Shown here in pieces: positions 1 to 11,000 of a stretch of 64,000 nucleotides of DNA. This DNA comes from Clostridium sp. CAG:433 (GTDB taxonomy: Bacteria; Bacillota_I; Bacilli_A; RF39; UBA660). The DNA lies in contig FR893565.1 in NCBI GenBank assembly GCA_000433675.1, forward strand, positions 55 through 64,054, given 5' to 3'. The notes under the pieces were generated by a model. That model worked only from the letters and a program-made list of their open reading frames with translations, searched no databases and was not told the DNA's origin. Each line of letters begins with the position of its first letter. Within the stretch, counting starts at the first letter, position 1. Both the position numbers and the translations under genes were made by a program.

Positions 1-199
1 AATATTTCTTTAAATATTGGATCAAATGTTCCTGGTATTACTTCATATTTTTGTCTTACAACATCTTCTTGATAACTTTTTACATATTTAATATATATGC
101 ACCTGCCCTTCTTTAGTTTTTTTCTGAGGTCCTCATATATTATTTACTCCGTCTACATACCAAATTCCCCTAAAAAATAGAAAAAAATTGATATTTCTA

Positions 200-2758
200 T
201 CAATTTTCCATATTAAAGTCATCTAAAAAATCATCTATAGTCATAATCTTATCATCAATTTCTTTTAATGATACATCTTTTTTTGGAATACTTTCTATTT
301 CTTCTTCCTCTTCTAATACTTCAAGTTCCTCTTTTGATATTAATTCTTTTATTTCAAATACATCTAATACTTTTTTCTTAGATATAGATGATCCTGTTGA
401 GTATCTATCATTTATTGATATTTCAGCACTTCTTATATAATCAATATCAGAACTTGTCATAAATCCTAGTTTACTCTTACCATTTATTACAAAAGTTTTA
501 ACTATTTTATATGGATTAGTTTTAACTTCTCTAATTAATAATAATCCTCTTCTAGCTCTTGATGATTTTTCCATTTCTTCTAATTTTATTCTTTTAGCAG
601 TTCCTTTATTTGTAAATACAGCGATATATTCATCATTTTTATTAAATAAGCATCCTGATACTACTATATCATCTTTTAAATTAATAGACTTAACACCTGA
701 CGCTTTTATTCCAGAAATAGGAACTTCTTCTATATCATACCATAATCCGTAACCATTTTCTGTTGAAATTAATACTTCTTTATTTTTAGAATTAATAGCA
801 TTTACAACTTCATCATCATCTTTTAATTTAATACATGTTACTGCCTTTGAATATCTTTGAAGTTTAAACTCTGATAAATTAGTTCTTTTTATCATACCAT
901 TTTTAGTAAATATAGTAATAATATCATTTGTTTCAAAATTAGTTACTGGTATACATCCAATTATTTTTTCTTCTGATTTTATAGTTCTAATATTACTTAT
1001 ATGTTTTCCTAAATCTTTCCATTTTGCATCTGGGATTTCATGAACTGGAACATATAAATAATTACCTAAATTAGTAAATAAAAGTACTGTATCTAATGTA
1101 TTTAGTTCATATAAACCAAGTACATAATCATTATCTTTTAATAAAGTATCTTCATTCTTACTAGATTGATAACTTCTACTTGATACTCTTTTTATATATC
1201 CTTCTTTTGTTATAACTACTATTACATCTTCTTTTTGAATCATATCTATTGCATCTATTTTTATTTCAGATACTTCATCTTTAATAACTGTTTTTCTTTC
1301 TGTAGCATATTCTTTCTTTATATCTAATAATTCTTTTTTCATTTGTTTAAATAATATCTTTTCATTAGATAAAACTGAGTTTAAGAATTCTATTATCTGT
1401 TCTAATTTTGCTCTTTCTTCTTCTAAAGCTACTACATCTGTATTAGTTAAACGATATAATTTCATATCTACTATTGCAGTTGCTTGTTCTATAGTAAATT
1501 CAAATTCTTTTACTAAGTTATTTATAGCATCCATTCTATTATTACTTTTTCTAATGCACGCAATTACTTCATCTAATATACTCATTGCTTTTAAATAACC
1601 ATCTACTATATGCATTCTTGCTTTAGCATGTTCTAAATCAAATTTACTTTTTCTTATTGTAACTTCTTTTTGATGAGCAATATATGCATCAATTATATCA
1701 ACAAATCCAACAAGTTTTGGTCTTCTATTAACAATAGCAATCATATTAAAGCTATATGATATTTGCATATCTGTATTTTTAAGTAAATAATTTAAGATAA
1801 GTTCGCTATTAGCATCTTTCTTTAAATCAATTGCAATTCTAAGATCTCCTCTTGCTGTTTCATCTCTAGCATCTACTATTCCATCTATTTTCTTTTCTAT
1901 TCTAATATCATTTATTTTCTTAACTAAATTTGCTTTATTTACTTCATATGGAATTTCTGTAATAAGTATTTGATGAACTCCCTTTTCCTTTATGATTTCA
2001 TATTTACATTTTACATTTATTTTTCCTTTACCAGTTCTATATGCTTCTTCTATATTTTTCTTTCCTTCAATTGTTCCACCTGTTGGAAAGTCTGGTCCCT
2101 TTACTATATTAAATATTTCTTCAAAAGAACAATTTGGTTTATCTATTCTGTAAACTGTTGCATCTATTACTTCACCTAAATTATGTGTTGGTATATTAGT
2201 TGCATATCCAGCACTTATTCCTGTTGAACCATTTACAAGTAAATTAGGAAACTTACAAGGAAGTACTGTTGGTTCTACTCTTGTATCATCATAGTTAGGA
2301 GCCATATTAACAGTTCCTTTTTCTATATCTTTAAGTAGTTCACCTGCTATTTTAGATAATCTTGCTTCTGTATAACGCATAGCAGCAGCTGAATCACCAT
2401 CCATAGATCCATTATTACCATGCATATCAATATATGGAGTCATCATTTTCCAATCTTGACTCATTCTAACCATTGCATCATATATAGATGAATCACCATG
2501 TGGATGGTAATTACCCATTATTTCTCCAACAGCTTTGGCACTTTTTCTATATTTTTTATCATATGTATTTTTACTTTCATACATTCCATAAAGTATTCTT
2601 CTTTGAACAGGTTTAAGTCCATCTCTTACATCAGGAAGGGCTCTATCTTGAATTATTTCTTTAGCGTATGATGCGAATCTGTCACCCATTATTTCTTCAA
2701 GGGCATAATCATGTATTCTTTGTATTACTTCTTTTGTTTCATCATTTTTCTTTTTCAT
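200..2758 (-). CDS. gyrA: DNA gyrase subunit A
   Basis: 852 aa. Carries the GyrA N-terminal catalytic core motifs (AAMRYTEARL active-site region) and the C-terminal beta-pinwheel repeat region. Lies immediately downstream of gyrB. Stop codon is TGA. Confidence 0.97.
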   Translation of the reverse strand: MKKKNDETKEVIQRIHDYALEEIMGDRFASYAKEIIQDRALPDVRDGLKPVQRRILYGMYESKNTYDKKYRKSAKAVGEIMGNYHPHGDSSIYDAMVRMSQDWKMMTPYIDMHGNNGSMDGDSAAAMRYTEARLSKIAGELLKDIEKGTVNMAPNYDDTRVEPTVLPCKFPNLLVNGSTGISAGYATNIPTHNLGEVIDATVYRIDKPNCSFEEIFNIVKGPDFPTGGTIEGKKNIEEAYRTGKGKINVKCKYEIIKEKGVHQILITEIPYEVNKANLVKKINDIRIEKKIDGIVDARDETARGDLRIAIDLKKDANSELILNYLLKNTDMQISYSFNMIAIVNRRPKLVGFVDIIDAYIAHQKEVTIRKSKFDLEHAKARMHIVDGYLKAMSILDEVIACIRKSNNRMDAINNLVKEFEFTIEQATAIVDMKLYRLTNTDVVALEEERAKLEQIIEFLNSVLSNEKILFKQMKKELLDIKKEYATERKTVIKDEVSEIKIDAIDMIQKEDVIVVITKEGYIKRVSSRSYQSSKNEDTLLKDNDYVLGLYELNTLDTVLLFTNLGNYLYVPVHEIPDAKWKDLGKHISNIRTIKSEEKIIGCIPVTNFETNDIITIFTKNGMIKRTNLSEFKLQRYSKAVTCIKLKDDDEVVNAINSKNKEVLISTENGYGLWYDIEEVPISGIKASGVKSINLKDDIVVSGCLFNKNDEYIAVFTNKGTAKRIKLEEMEKSSRARRGLLLIREVKTNPYKIVKTFVINGKSKLGFMTSSDIDYIRSAEISINDRYSTGSSISKKKVLDVFEIKELISKEELEVLEEEEEIESIPKKDVSLKEIDDKIMTIDDFLDDFNMEN

Positions 2759-2770
2759 TTAAAGCACCTC

Positions 2771-4696
2771 CTATATCTTATAATCATCTTCCAAAGAAAA
2801 TTCTACATTTTCTTCTATCCATTCTTTTCTAGGATCAACATTATCACCCATAAGTACTGATACTCTTTTTTCTGCAAGTGCAGCATCAGTTATCTTAACT
2901 CTAATTAATAATCTATGTTCTGGATCCATTGTTGTTTCCCATAACTGTTCAGCATCCATTTCACCAAGACCTTTGTATCTTTGTGTATCAATTGGTTTTC
3001 TTGTCTTTGTATATTCTTTTAATTCATCATCATTATAAGCATACACTACTTCATTTTTAGCAAACTCTATTTTATAAAGTGGTGGTGTTGCGATATAAAG
3101 TCTTCCTTCTTCTATAAGTGGTCTCATATATCTATAGAAGAATGTTATTAAAAGAACTTGTATATGTGATCCATCAACATCGGCATCGGTCATTATTATT
3201 ACTTTATCATAATTACAATCTTTAATATCAAAATCTGTCCCAACACCCGCACCTATTGTATAAATAAGTGTATTAATTTCTGCATTTTTATATGCTTCTT
3301 CTATTTTTGCTTTTTCTGTATTAAGTACTTTACCACGAAGAGGTAATATTGCTTGATATCTTCTATCTCTTCCTGTTTTAGCAGAACCTCCTGCTGAATC
3401 ACCCTCTACTATAAATAGCTCATTTTTAGATGAATCTTTCTTTTGTGCAGGAGCAAGTTTATCACTAATATTTTTTTCTTTTTTTGTTCCGCTTGCTTTT
3501 CTAGCAGCCTCTCTTGCCTTTCTAGCTGCTTCTCTTGCGGCTTTTCCTTTTAATGCTTTATTTAATATTGTAACTGCTACTTCTTTATTTTCTTCTAAAT
3601 AAAATCCAAACTTTTCAGAAACTACATTTTCTACTACAGTTTTAGCAAGTGGTGTACCTAGTTTACCTTTTGTTTGTCCTTCAAATTGAAGTAATGCTTC
3701 TGGAATTCTAAGTGATATAACTGCGGTTAAACCTTCCCTTACATCAGGTCCTTCTAAGTTTTTATCTTTTGCTTTTAAGTATCCATTATTTCTAGCATAT
3801 TCATTAAATACTTTTGTTAATGCTGTTTTAAATCCTACCTCGTGTGAACCACCATCACTTGTTTTAACATTATTAACAAATGAAATAATGTTTTCATTAT
3901 ATGTATCTGTATACTGCATTGCAATTTCTACTTCAATTTTATCTTTTTCTCCAGTAAAATGTAATACATTATGAAGTGTATTTTTTCCTTCATTCATATA
4001 TTCTGCGAATGATTTAATACCATTTTCATAGTGATATTTTACTTCTTTTTTATCTTCTTCATCTATTACTTCTACAGAAAGACCTTTTAGTAAGAAGGCA
4101 GATTCTTGCATTCTTTCACATATAGTTGTAAATGAGAAGTTTGTAGTAGAAAATATTTTATCATCAGGCATAAATCTAACAGTAGTACCAGTTTTATTAG
4201 TAGGACCAACCTTTTTTAAAGGACTATCTACTTCTCCACCATTTTTAAAACTGATTGTATATTCTGCTCCATCTCTTTTAGAGGTTACTATCATCCATTT
4301 TGAAAGTGCATTTACAACAGAAGCACCTACACCATGAAGTCCACCAGATACTTTATAGTTTCCTTCTTCAAACTTACCACCAGCATGAAGTATTGTATAA
4401 ATTACTTCTACTGTACTTTTACCTGATTCATGCTTTCCGACAGGAACACCACGTCCATCATCTGAAACACTAACTGAACCATCTGAATGAAGAATTATCT
4501 TAATATTTTTACCATATCCATTCATTACTTCATCTATTGAATTATCTACTATTTCCCATACAAGATGGTGAAGTCCTCTTTTATCTGTTGAACCAATATA
4601 CATACCTGGTCTTTTTCTTACTGCTTCAAGACCCTCTAGTATTTTAATTGATTTTTCATTATATTCTGCCATAAATAAAACTCCTTTACTTTTCAC
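2771..4696 (-). CDS. gyrB: DNA gyrase subunit B
   Basis: 641 aa. Has the GHKL ATPase and TOPRIM motifs (HAGGKF, EGDSAGGSAK, PLRGKVLN). A Shine-Dalgarno AAAGGAG sits 8 nt upstream of the ATG. Confidence 0.97.
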   Translation of the reverse strand: MKSKGVLFMAEYNEKSIKILEGLEAVRKRPGMYIGSTDKRGLHHLVWEIVDNSIDEVMNGYGKNIKIILHSDGSVSVSDDGRGVPVGKHESGKSTVEVIYTILHAGGKFEEGNYKVSGGLHGVGASVVNALSKWMIVTSKRDGAEYTISFKNGGEVDSPLKKVGPTNKTGTTVRFMPDDKIFSTTNFSFTTICERMQESAFLLKGLSVEVIDEEDKKEVKYHYENGIKSFAEYMNEGKNTLHNVLHFTGEKDKIEVEIAMQYTDTYNENIISFVNNVKTSDGGSHEVGFKTALTKVFNEYARNNGYLKAKDKNLEGPDVREGLTAVISLRIPEALLQFEGQTKGKLGTPLAKTVVENVVSEKFGFYLEENKEVAVTILNKALKGKAAREAARKAREAARKASGTKKEKNISDKLAPAQKKDSSKNELFIVEGDSAGGSAKTGRDRRYQAILPLRGKVLNTEKAKIEEAYKNAEINTLIYTIGAGVGTDFDIKDCNYDKVIIMTDADVDGSHIQVLLITFFYRYMRPLIEEGRLYIATPPLYKIEFAKNEVVYAYNDDELKEYTKTRKPIDTQRYKGLGEMDAEQLWETTMDPEHRLLIRVKITDAALAEKRVSVLMGDNVDPRKEWIEENVEFSLEDDYKI

Positions 4697-4758
4697 TATA
4701 AGTGATTATAACACATTTTTCCCTTTAAATTCAAGGTATTTTACATTTTGTTTATGTA

Positions 4759-4787
4759 AAGAAAAAAGGTTTATTATTAAACCTTTA
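4759..4787 (-). terminator. Rho-independent terminator ending the adhesin-locus transcription units
   Basis: The hairpin AAAGGTTTAATAATAAACCTTT is followed by a T-run on the minus strand, directly after the stop of the 4788-5396 gene. Confidence 0.6.
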
Positions 4788-5396
4788 TTATTCTTCTCCA
4801 ACATTTGTATAACTAACATTTATATTAACTTCATCAGATGAATAACTTACTATATATACATTATTGTCTTCAGTTACATATGCATATCCTGTTCCATCAT
4901 TTTTAACAGTTATACCAAATGGTTTTAAAATCTCATTAAATGTTGCTGCTTTTACTGCAAAACTATATTTTGTATATTCTTTATCATCTATTGTTTGAGA
5001 TTCTTTAACAGTATTTTTATCATCTATATTTATACCTTTTAGAAATAAATCTGTATTAGTATAATCATATTTTAATTTTACATTAACTGTTTTACCTAAA
5101 ACATCAGTTACTTCTGTTTTGTTATCTTTTATTTTAGCAACATACGATGCATTATTATCATTAAAACTTATTGTATATTCTTTATTTTCTTTATTTAAAA
5201 CAACATAGTTTTCATTAAATGAATCTGTACGTATTGATACCTTTGTTCTATAACTTTTTACTTTATCTATTTTAGTATTATTTGCAGCTGAATTTAAATC
5301 ATCTACCTTACTATTTCCAAAAAATAACAAAAGTAATATACATAGAAATAAACACGCTATTAATATAATTATTCTTTTCGTTGGTATTGTTTTCAT
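4788..5396 (-). CDS. Small secreted/membrane-anchored protein. The likely true start is the internal ATG at 5394-5396, read as MKTIPTKR.
   Basis: The track ORF begins at a TTG that overlaps the end of the upstream gene. The internal ATG is preceded by GGAGG at 6-7 nt. It has a hydrophobic N-terminal signal/anchor (IILIACLFLCILLLLFF). It is the last gene before a hairpin/T-run terminator. Confidence 0.5.
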   Translation of the reverse strand: MKTIPTKRIIILIACLFLCILLLLFFGNSKVDDLNSAANNTKIDKVKSYRTKVSIRTDSFNENYVVLNKENKEYTISFNDNNASYVAKIKDNKTEVTDVLGKTVNVKLKYDYTNTDLFLKGINIDDKNTVKESQTIDDKEYTKYSFAVKAATFNEILKPFGITVKNDGTGYAYVTEDNNVYIVSYSSDEVNINVSYTNVGEE

Positions 5397-5407
5397 TTTT
5401 ACCTCCA

Positions 5408-8014
5408 TTATTCTGTAGTACAAGTTAAACTTGTATTAGTCTTTTTATTATTTATAGTTGTATTAGTTGAAACCATGTTACATGTCAATAAACCAGAATT
5501 ATCATTTGCTACTGTAAGATTTGTGTTATTATAAAATAAATAATCATCTACAGATGTAACTGTACTTGGTATTGTAACAGATTTAATATTATTACTTTGG
5601 AAAGCATTCATACTTATTTGAGTTATTCCTTCATTTAATGTTAAATTTTGTATATTTAATGACCCAAATGAATTTCTTCCTATTTTCTTAACACTTCCAT
5701 ATATATTTATTGTTTTTTCTTTTGTTGCATCCAATCCTTTAAATCCATCTTCTAATATTTCTTGTGATTTCGAAGAATTTTTACCAATATTTAAATTTGA
5801 AACAATTAATTTATTAAACATAGTAGAATCCATACTTGCTACTCCATCACCAATATTTAATGTATTTACAACTCTATTACCTAAAATAGAATTTCCTATT
5901 GTAGTAACAGAATCTGGAATCGTTATTTCATTAATTGTATTCTTTGCTTCTGAATTTAGATAAAAAGCCATATTAGATATTTTTTGTAATCCCTCATTAA
6001 GATTAATACCTTTAAGTGGCACTCCAGTAAATGCTTTTGAACCTATCTCTGTTACACTTCCAGGAATATCTATACTAAGTAATCCTGAATTTGCAAATGC
6101 ATCCTCATCAATTAATGTTAAACTATTTGGAAGTTTTATATCTGTTAAACTTGTATCAGACTCAAAGGCATAACCATTTATACTTGTAAGTTTTTCTGGT
6201 AAAGTAACAGATGTTATTGAACTATCATTTGAAAAACCACTATAAGGGATTGAGTATACATTATTTTTTATTACAACTTTTTCTAATGATGTAAATCCAC
6301 TAAATGACGCCTGATCAATAACTTGTTCTGTTTGAAGAGTATCACTACCTATAGTCAAATCTTTTAGTGTCGATTTTATACCAGAAAATGTACTAGAAGT
6401 AATCTTAAATCCACCACCTGTATTTAATGTTGCTACTGGTGTTCCAGAGAACACATTACCAACAGTTGTTAAACTGTCTGGAAGATTAACACTCTTAAAT
6501 GCATTATTACCAAAGCAATAATTATTAAGAGTTTTTATTCCCTCATTTAATGTTAATTTACTAATATTATTTGCTATAAAAGCATTTTCGCCTATAGTTT
6601 CTACTGATCCTGGAACATTTAATGCAGAAATACTATTTCCAGCAAAAGATGTTGAACCAATACTTGTAACTGAGTCTGGCAATGCTAATGCCAAAATTGA
6701 ATTGCTTACAAATGAATTATCACCCAAAGTTTTTATTGTAGGAGAAATTATTAGTTTAGATGATATACTTTTTTGAGCAAAACCAGCAGTTGATATACCA
6801 GTAACTGTCTTACCATCTATTTTTGTTGGAAGAGCCCATACATTATCTTTATATGATGATGGTGCTGTAGACTTAAATCCACTTATGTTTACTGTTCCAT
6901 CTGAGTTTTCAGTTGTAGAATATAAACTTTCATCTATATAATCTTTACATATTTTATTATATTCTTCTTCACTTATTGTTCCATAATCATATATATGTTC
7001 ATTACAAACATATTTAATAGTTCCATCATCTATATAATCTTTAATATTTTCAACAGTTGTTAAATCAACTCTAATTACAGGAGTTATGTAAAATGGTGTT
7101 CCAGATTCACTAAATCCAAATGTTGATTGCATTGAATTTTGCATTAGATAATAGAATGTATTTTCACCCATTATCAAACATGGCATATATGTTGACGATG
7201 GACAAATATTTAATCCATTTAACAATGCATTGTTATTTTCACTAAGTTCAACTGTGTTCATTATTCTTGCTTTTAAACCTGTAAAATCAAACGTTGAATT
7301 TATATTATATTTTGCTTCTGGTTTTGGAATTTTATCACTCCAAGTCTCAGTTATTGTATTAATATAATTTACTAAGGCTCCATCAGCTGACCCATTATTA
7401 TTCTCTAGTGCCTTACCATAATCATATACTCCAGTATTTTTGTATACTAATTCATATTTACCTTCATCTGTATTTCCATGAAGTACAAGCCACGCATAAC
7501 ATGTATCTGATTCATTATCACACAATTTATAATTAATTGGATCAAAATATACTACTTCATTTTCTTCGTATTTAGGAAGCTTACTTGGATCTATAGTACT
7601 TGTTGTTCCACATTTATCACTTTTTTTAGCACTCCATTTACCATCATTATAAATAACATTATATTCATTAATACATAGATTTGCACCTACTACTCTTTTG
7701 TCATTTATTGTAACTGATCCACTTTGTGGTTTATTTTTTACAGTTACTGAACTTAATTCATTTACACTGTAAACAGATTGACCTGACTTAAAAAAAGATT
7801 TATATTTGCTTGAATCTAAATCAGAGAAAGTCATATTTTGATTTACCGCTCTTGCATATAACTGTCCTGATTCGATAGATGTTTGTCTCTTACTATTTTC
7901 AATAACATCTAATACTTTTGGTACTGCTACTACGGCAATAACTGAAATTATTATAATAACCGCAAGTAATTCAATTAATGTAAACCCTTTATTTTTATCA
8001 TCTAACTTTTTCAT
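5408..8014 (-). CDS. Type IV pilin-like (prepilin-type N-terminal cleavage/methylation domain) protein fused to a BspA-type leucine-rich-repeat domain. Putative minor pilin/adhesin.
   Basis: The N-terminus MKKLDDKNKG|FTLIELLAVIIIISVIAVVAVP is a class III signal peptide with Gly at -1, Phe at +1 and Glu at +5. The rest carries about 20 BspA-like LRR units with a repeated '..I..IG..AF....L..V.LP.S...IG' pattern. AGGAGG sits 7 nt upstream. The gene has its own TTGACT-17-TATACT promoter. Confidence 0.8.
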   Translation of the reverse strand: MKKLDDKNKGFTLIELLAVIIIISVIAVVAVPKVLDVIENSKRQTSIESGQLYARAVNQNMTFSDLDSSKYKSFFKSGQSVYSVNELSSVTVKNKPQSGSVTINDKRVVGANLCINEYNVIYNDGKWSAKKSDKCGTTSTIDPSKLPKYEENEVVYFDPINYKLCDNESDTCYAWLVLHGNTDEGKYELVYKNTGVYDYGKALENNNGSADGALVNYINTITETWSDKIPKPEAKYNINSTFDFTGLKARIMNTVELSENNNALLNGLNICPSSTYMPCLIMGENTFYYLMQNSMQSTFGFSESGTPFYITPVIRVDLTTVENIKDYIDDGTIKYVCNEHIYDYGTISEEEYNKICKDYIDESLYSTTENSDGTVNISGFKSTAPSSYKDNVWALPTKIDGKTVTGISTAGFAQKSISSKLIISPTIKTLGDNSFVSNSILALALPDSVTSIGSTSFAGNSISALNVPGSVETIGENAFIANNISKLTLNEGIKTLNNYCFGNNAFKSVNLPDSLTTVGNVFSGTPVATLNTGGGFKITSSTFSGIKSTLKDLTIGSDTLQTEQVIDQASFSGFTSLEKVVIKNNVYSIPYSGFSNDSSITSVTLPEKLTSINGYAFESDTSLTDIKLPNSLTLIDEDAFANSGLLSIDIPGSVTEIGSKAFTGVPLKGINLNEGLQKISNMAFYLNSEAKNTINEITIPDSVTTIGNSILGNRVVNTLNIGDGVASMDSTMFNKLIVSNLNIGKNSSKSQEILEDGFKGLDATKEKTINIYGSVKKIGRNSFGSLNIQNLTLNEGITQISMNAFQSNNIKSVTIPSTVTSVDDYLFYNNTNLTVANDNSGLLTCNMVSTNTTINNKKTNTSLTCTTE

Positions 8015-8039
8015 AAATTCCTCCTAGTATTACATTATA

Positions 8040-8068
8040 AGTATAAAATACAATCAAAAATCAGTCAA
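8040..8068 (-). promoter_or_regulatory. SigA-type promoter (TTGACT-17-TATACT) for the pilin-LRR gene
   Basis: It sits between the terminator of the giant adhesin gene and the AGGAGG SD of the pilin-LRR gene. Confidence 0.55.
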
Positions 8069-8071
8069 TAT

Positions 8072-8097
8072 AAAAAGAGTTCAAATGAACTCTTTTT
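8072..8097 (-). terminator. Rho-independent terminator after the giant adhesin gene
   Basis: The hairpin AAAAAGAGTTCA-ttt-TGAACTCTTTTT is followed by a T-run and abuts the TAA stop. Confidence 0.65.
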
Positions 8098-11000
8098 ACA
8101 CTTTTCTTGATAGTTTTCTTTGCTCTTTAAATGCGAAGTATAAACCAAGAATTATTGATACCATCGCAACTATATAAATTATATATTTTATTTGATTTAC
8201 TCCTGTTTGGATTGTTATTATTAAATATGCTAATGCTGATTCTATTACTTTTCTCTTTTCATTAGTATTTTCTAAGATATTTCCATTTACTTTTCCATCT
8301 TCTGTTATTGTAAATTCTATATCTTTATTATCACTACTTACTAGTTTATAACTTCCTTCTTCAAGATTATTTAAATATATTCTTCCTTTTATTGAAGTCA
8401 TTTCACTATTATTTGATCCCGTAATATATCTACCTACTTCTTCGTCCTTTTCCATATTTAATAATTTATATTCATTATCTACTTTCTTATACAAATTATA
8501 TGTATTTTCTGTTGATAACTTACTTCCATCACTCATTTCATATACAATTATATTTTTTCCATTTTGATTTATATTTAATACTTTTTCTATTGTATTTATT
8601 ATACTTGCACCTATACTCTCTGATGGAGCTGAATCAATTATTGTAAGTGTTCCATTCTTAACAAAACTATAATCTCCATATGTTATTGTATGTCCATTTA
8701 AATATAGATTTATAATTTTATTTTCTGGTACTATTATATCTTCAGTTAATTCTATATCTTTATATATTACTATATTTGATTCTGTATTATCTTTAACTGA
8801 ATTAATTGCTGTTTGTAAACTAGTAAAGTTAATTCCATTTACCATTGCTACTCTTTCATCATCAGCAATTACAACTAAATAACCAACTTTTGTATTGTTT
8901 GTTGTATCATCGCTTATAGAAAGTTTATAACCCGGTTCTATTTCTGTTATTGTTCCAGAAACAGGAGCAGTACCACCAATTAATTTACCATCATATAAAT
9001 TAAATGTTCCTGCATTATTTACAGCATATTTTGATCCTTGAATTACTGGACTTGTAATACTTATTACTCCACCTTTTTCACCAATATTCAATACACCTTC
9101 ATCATTATATATGCACTCTGTACTACCTGATGTATAGTTACCACTAGTTATATTTAAAGTACCTTTATATCTATTATTAAATACCCTATTTGAACTATTA
9201 ACACTATTTAACGTTGAATTAGAAACTGTTAGTGTTGAATTATTACTTATATATGCAGTACCTGATAGAGTGTCTATAATACTACTACCACTATTATTAT
9301 TTAATACAAATCCTTTTGCAGTAGCATTTTGAATTTTCAACTGACCAGTATTAATTATTTTGGATAATATACCTCCAGTTATATTTGTAATTTTATTATT
9401 TGTTAATCCTGATACTGTTCCACCAGTCACATTTACTGTTCCTGAATTTTCAAAGGAATTCATAATACCAGAATTTTGAGTAAATATTCCACTAGAAGAG
9501 TTTGTACCTGATATTGTTCCTCCATTATTATTAATATTACCATTGTTTGTTACTGCAAAGTCACCACCAGTTATTTCCATAGTTCCATTATTTTCTATTG
9601 GAGACTCATAATCTATCTTGCCTGATGACACATTATCAATCATAGTTACTGAACCATTATTTATGAATGGTATATTAGATGTATAAATATTTTTACCATT
9701 TATATCAAACGTCATATTCATATTTTCATTAACAATTCCACCATCAATTTTATTTGTATAAATCCATACATTATCAAGTAATTGCAATGTATCATTATTT
9801 GATATCTCATTAACTGCAGACCTTATATTATTATATTCTTTATTACTTGTAGTATTTTTTATAACAGGTGTATCAACTAAATAATAGCCATCCGTTGATA
9901 CCTTAACATTATAGCCATCTTCAACTTCTATTGGTTTTGAAATATTTTTCTTTACAATTCCATCGTAGAAATATAGATTTAAATATGTAGCAGTAATTCT
10001 ACCACTAATCATTGGATCTGTTGTTGAAACATTAGAGTCCCCTTTTATACCTAAAGTTACATTTATATCGCCCTGATTTTTCATAGGTGAAATAGAACCT
10101 GTAACTGTTCCAGATTTAATAATTACTGTTGGAGTCGATGTATAGGAATACATATCATAAATACTTGTTATTTTTCCTGATTCCATTGTAACTCTACTTA
10201 CACCTATAATATTTTTTACAGTTGATGAAGTTATTGAAACTCCTGATTGATATCCTTTTATATTTCCATCTATTTCAGTATTATTTAGAGTAATATTATC
10301 ATAATCCGAAAGAATAACGGTATCTACTGCTCCACTATAATTTCCACCTTCAATTGATAATTTTAATCCTCCACTATATGATGAAAATTTTGGACTAAAC
10401 TTACCACAATTTACACTACTGTAATAAGAATTACAGTTTAATATATTGTACTTTTGATTTTTCATTTCAACATTCTTTAAATTAATTGTATTCCCAACAT
10501 GTTTACTTTGCATAAATATACCATTATAAGTATTTATTGTTGCACCATCTACTTTTACTGTTGTTTCTGGATTAATTACGGTTAAGAATTTTCCAAATTT
10601 AAAATTGAAAATTCCTCCTATTATTTCTACACTCTTTGCGTCATATGTTCGAATTAATCCAAATTCAGTTGCATCACTATCAGTTGTAGTCTGATTGCTA
10701 AATCTAGGGTCTCTAGTAATATTTGTATTATTTAAAATAAGCTGTCCAGTTAAAATATCAAGAGAATGTAATTCATCATCAGCCATATCATAATATTTAG
10801 ATGTTATATTTGAATTACTAATATTTAAAATTGGGCTATTAGAACCATAATTTTTAATAATACATCCATAAGACGATGATGTTATTGTTACACCTGTTAT
10901 ATTCATATTTGATTCATTTTTTATTAAACCAACATATTCAATAGTACCTTTATTTAGTGTGAAATCTTTAGTATTAGTTATTGTTGATGATGATGGTATT

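Noticed and set aside
1-130. Minus-strand reading frame running out of the window (…IYIKYVKSYQEDVVRQKYEVIPGTFDPIFKEI), reminiscent of a nucleotidyltransferase (CoaD/NadD-like 'GTFDP') N-terminus
   Set aside because: There is no in-frame ATG, GTG or TTG after the upstream TAA. The only nearby ATG (ATG AAG TAA) is in another frame. Only about 16 informative residues are visible and the (T/H)xGH motif would lie outside the window. The call is too fragmentary to make; a frameshift or an indexing error on my side cannot be excluded.
1970-2179. 69-aa plus-strand ORF inside gyrA
   Set aside because: It is nested antisense in a highly conserved housekeeping gene and is a low-complexity Phe/Tyr/Ile-rich translation.
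8096-8250. Sortase (LPXTG) anchoring signal at the C-terminus of the giant protein
   Set aside because: The C-terminus has a hydrophobic helix and a basic tail. The preceding residues (…LIITIQTGVNQ) do not match LPXTG, (S/P)PXTG or NPQTN. It is treated as a plain C-terminal TM anchor instead.
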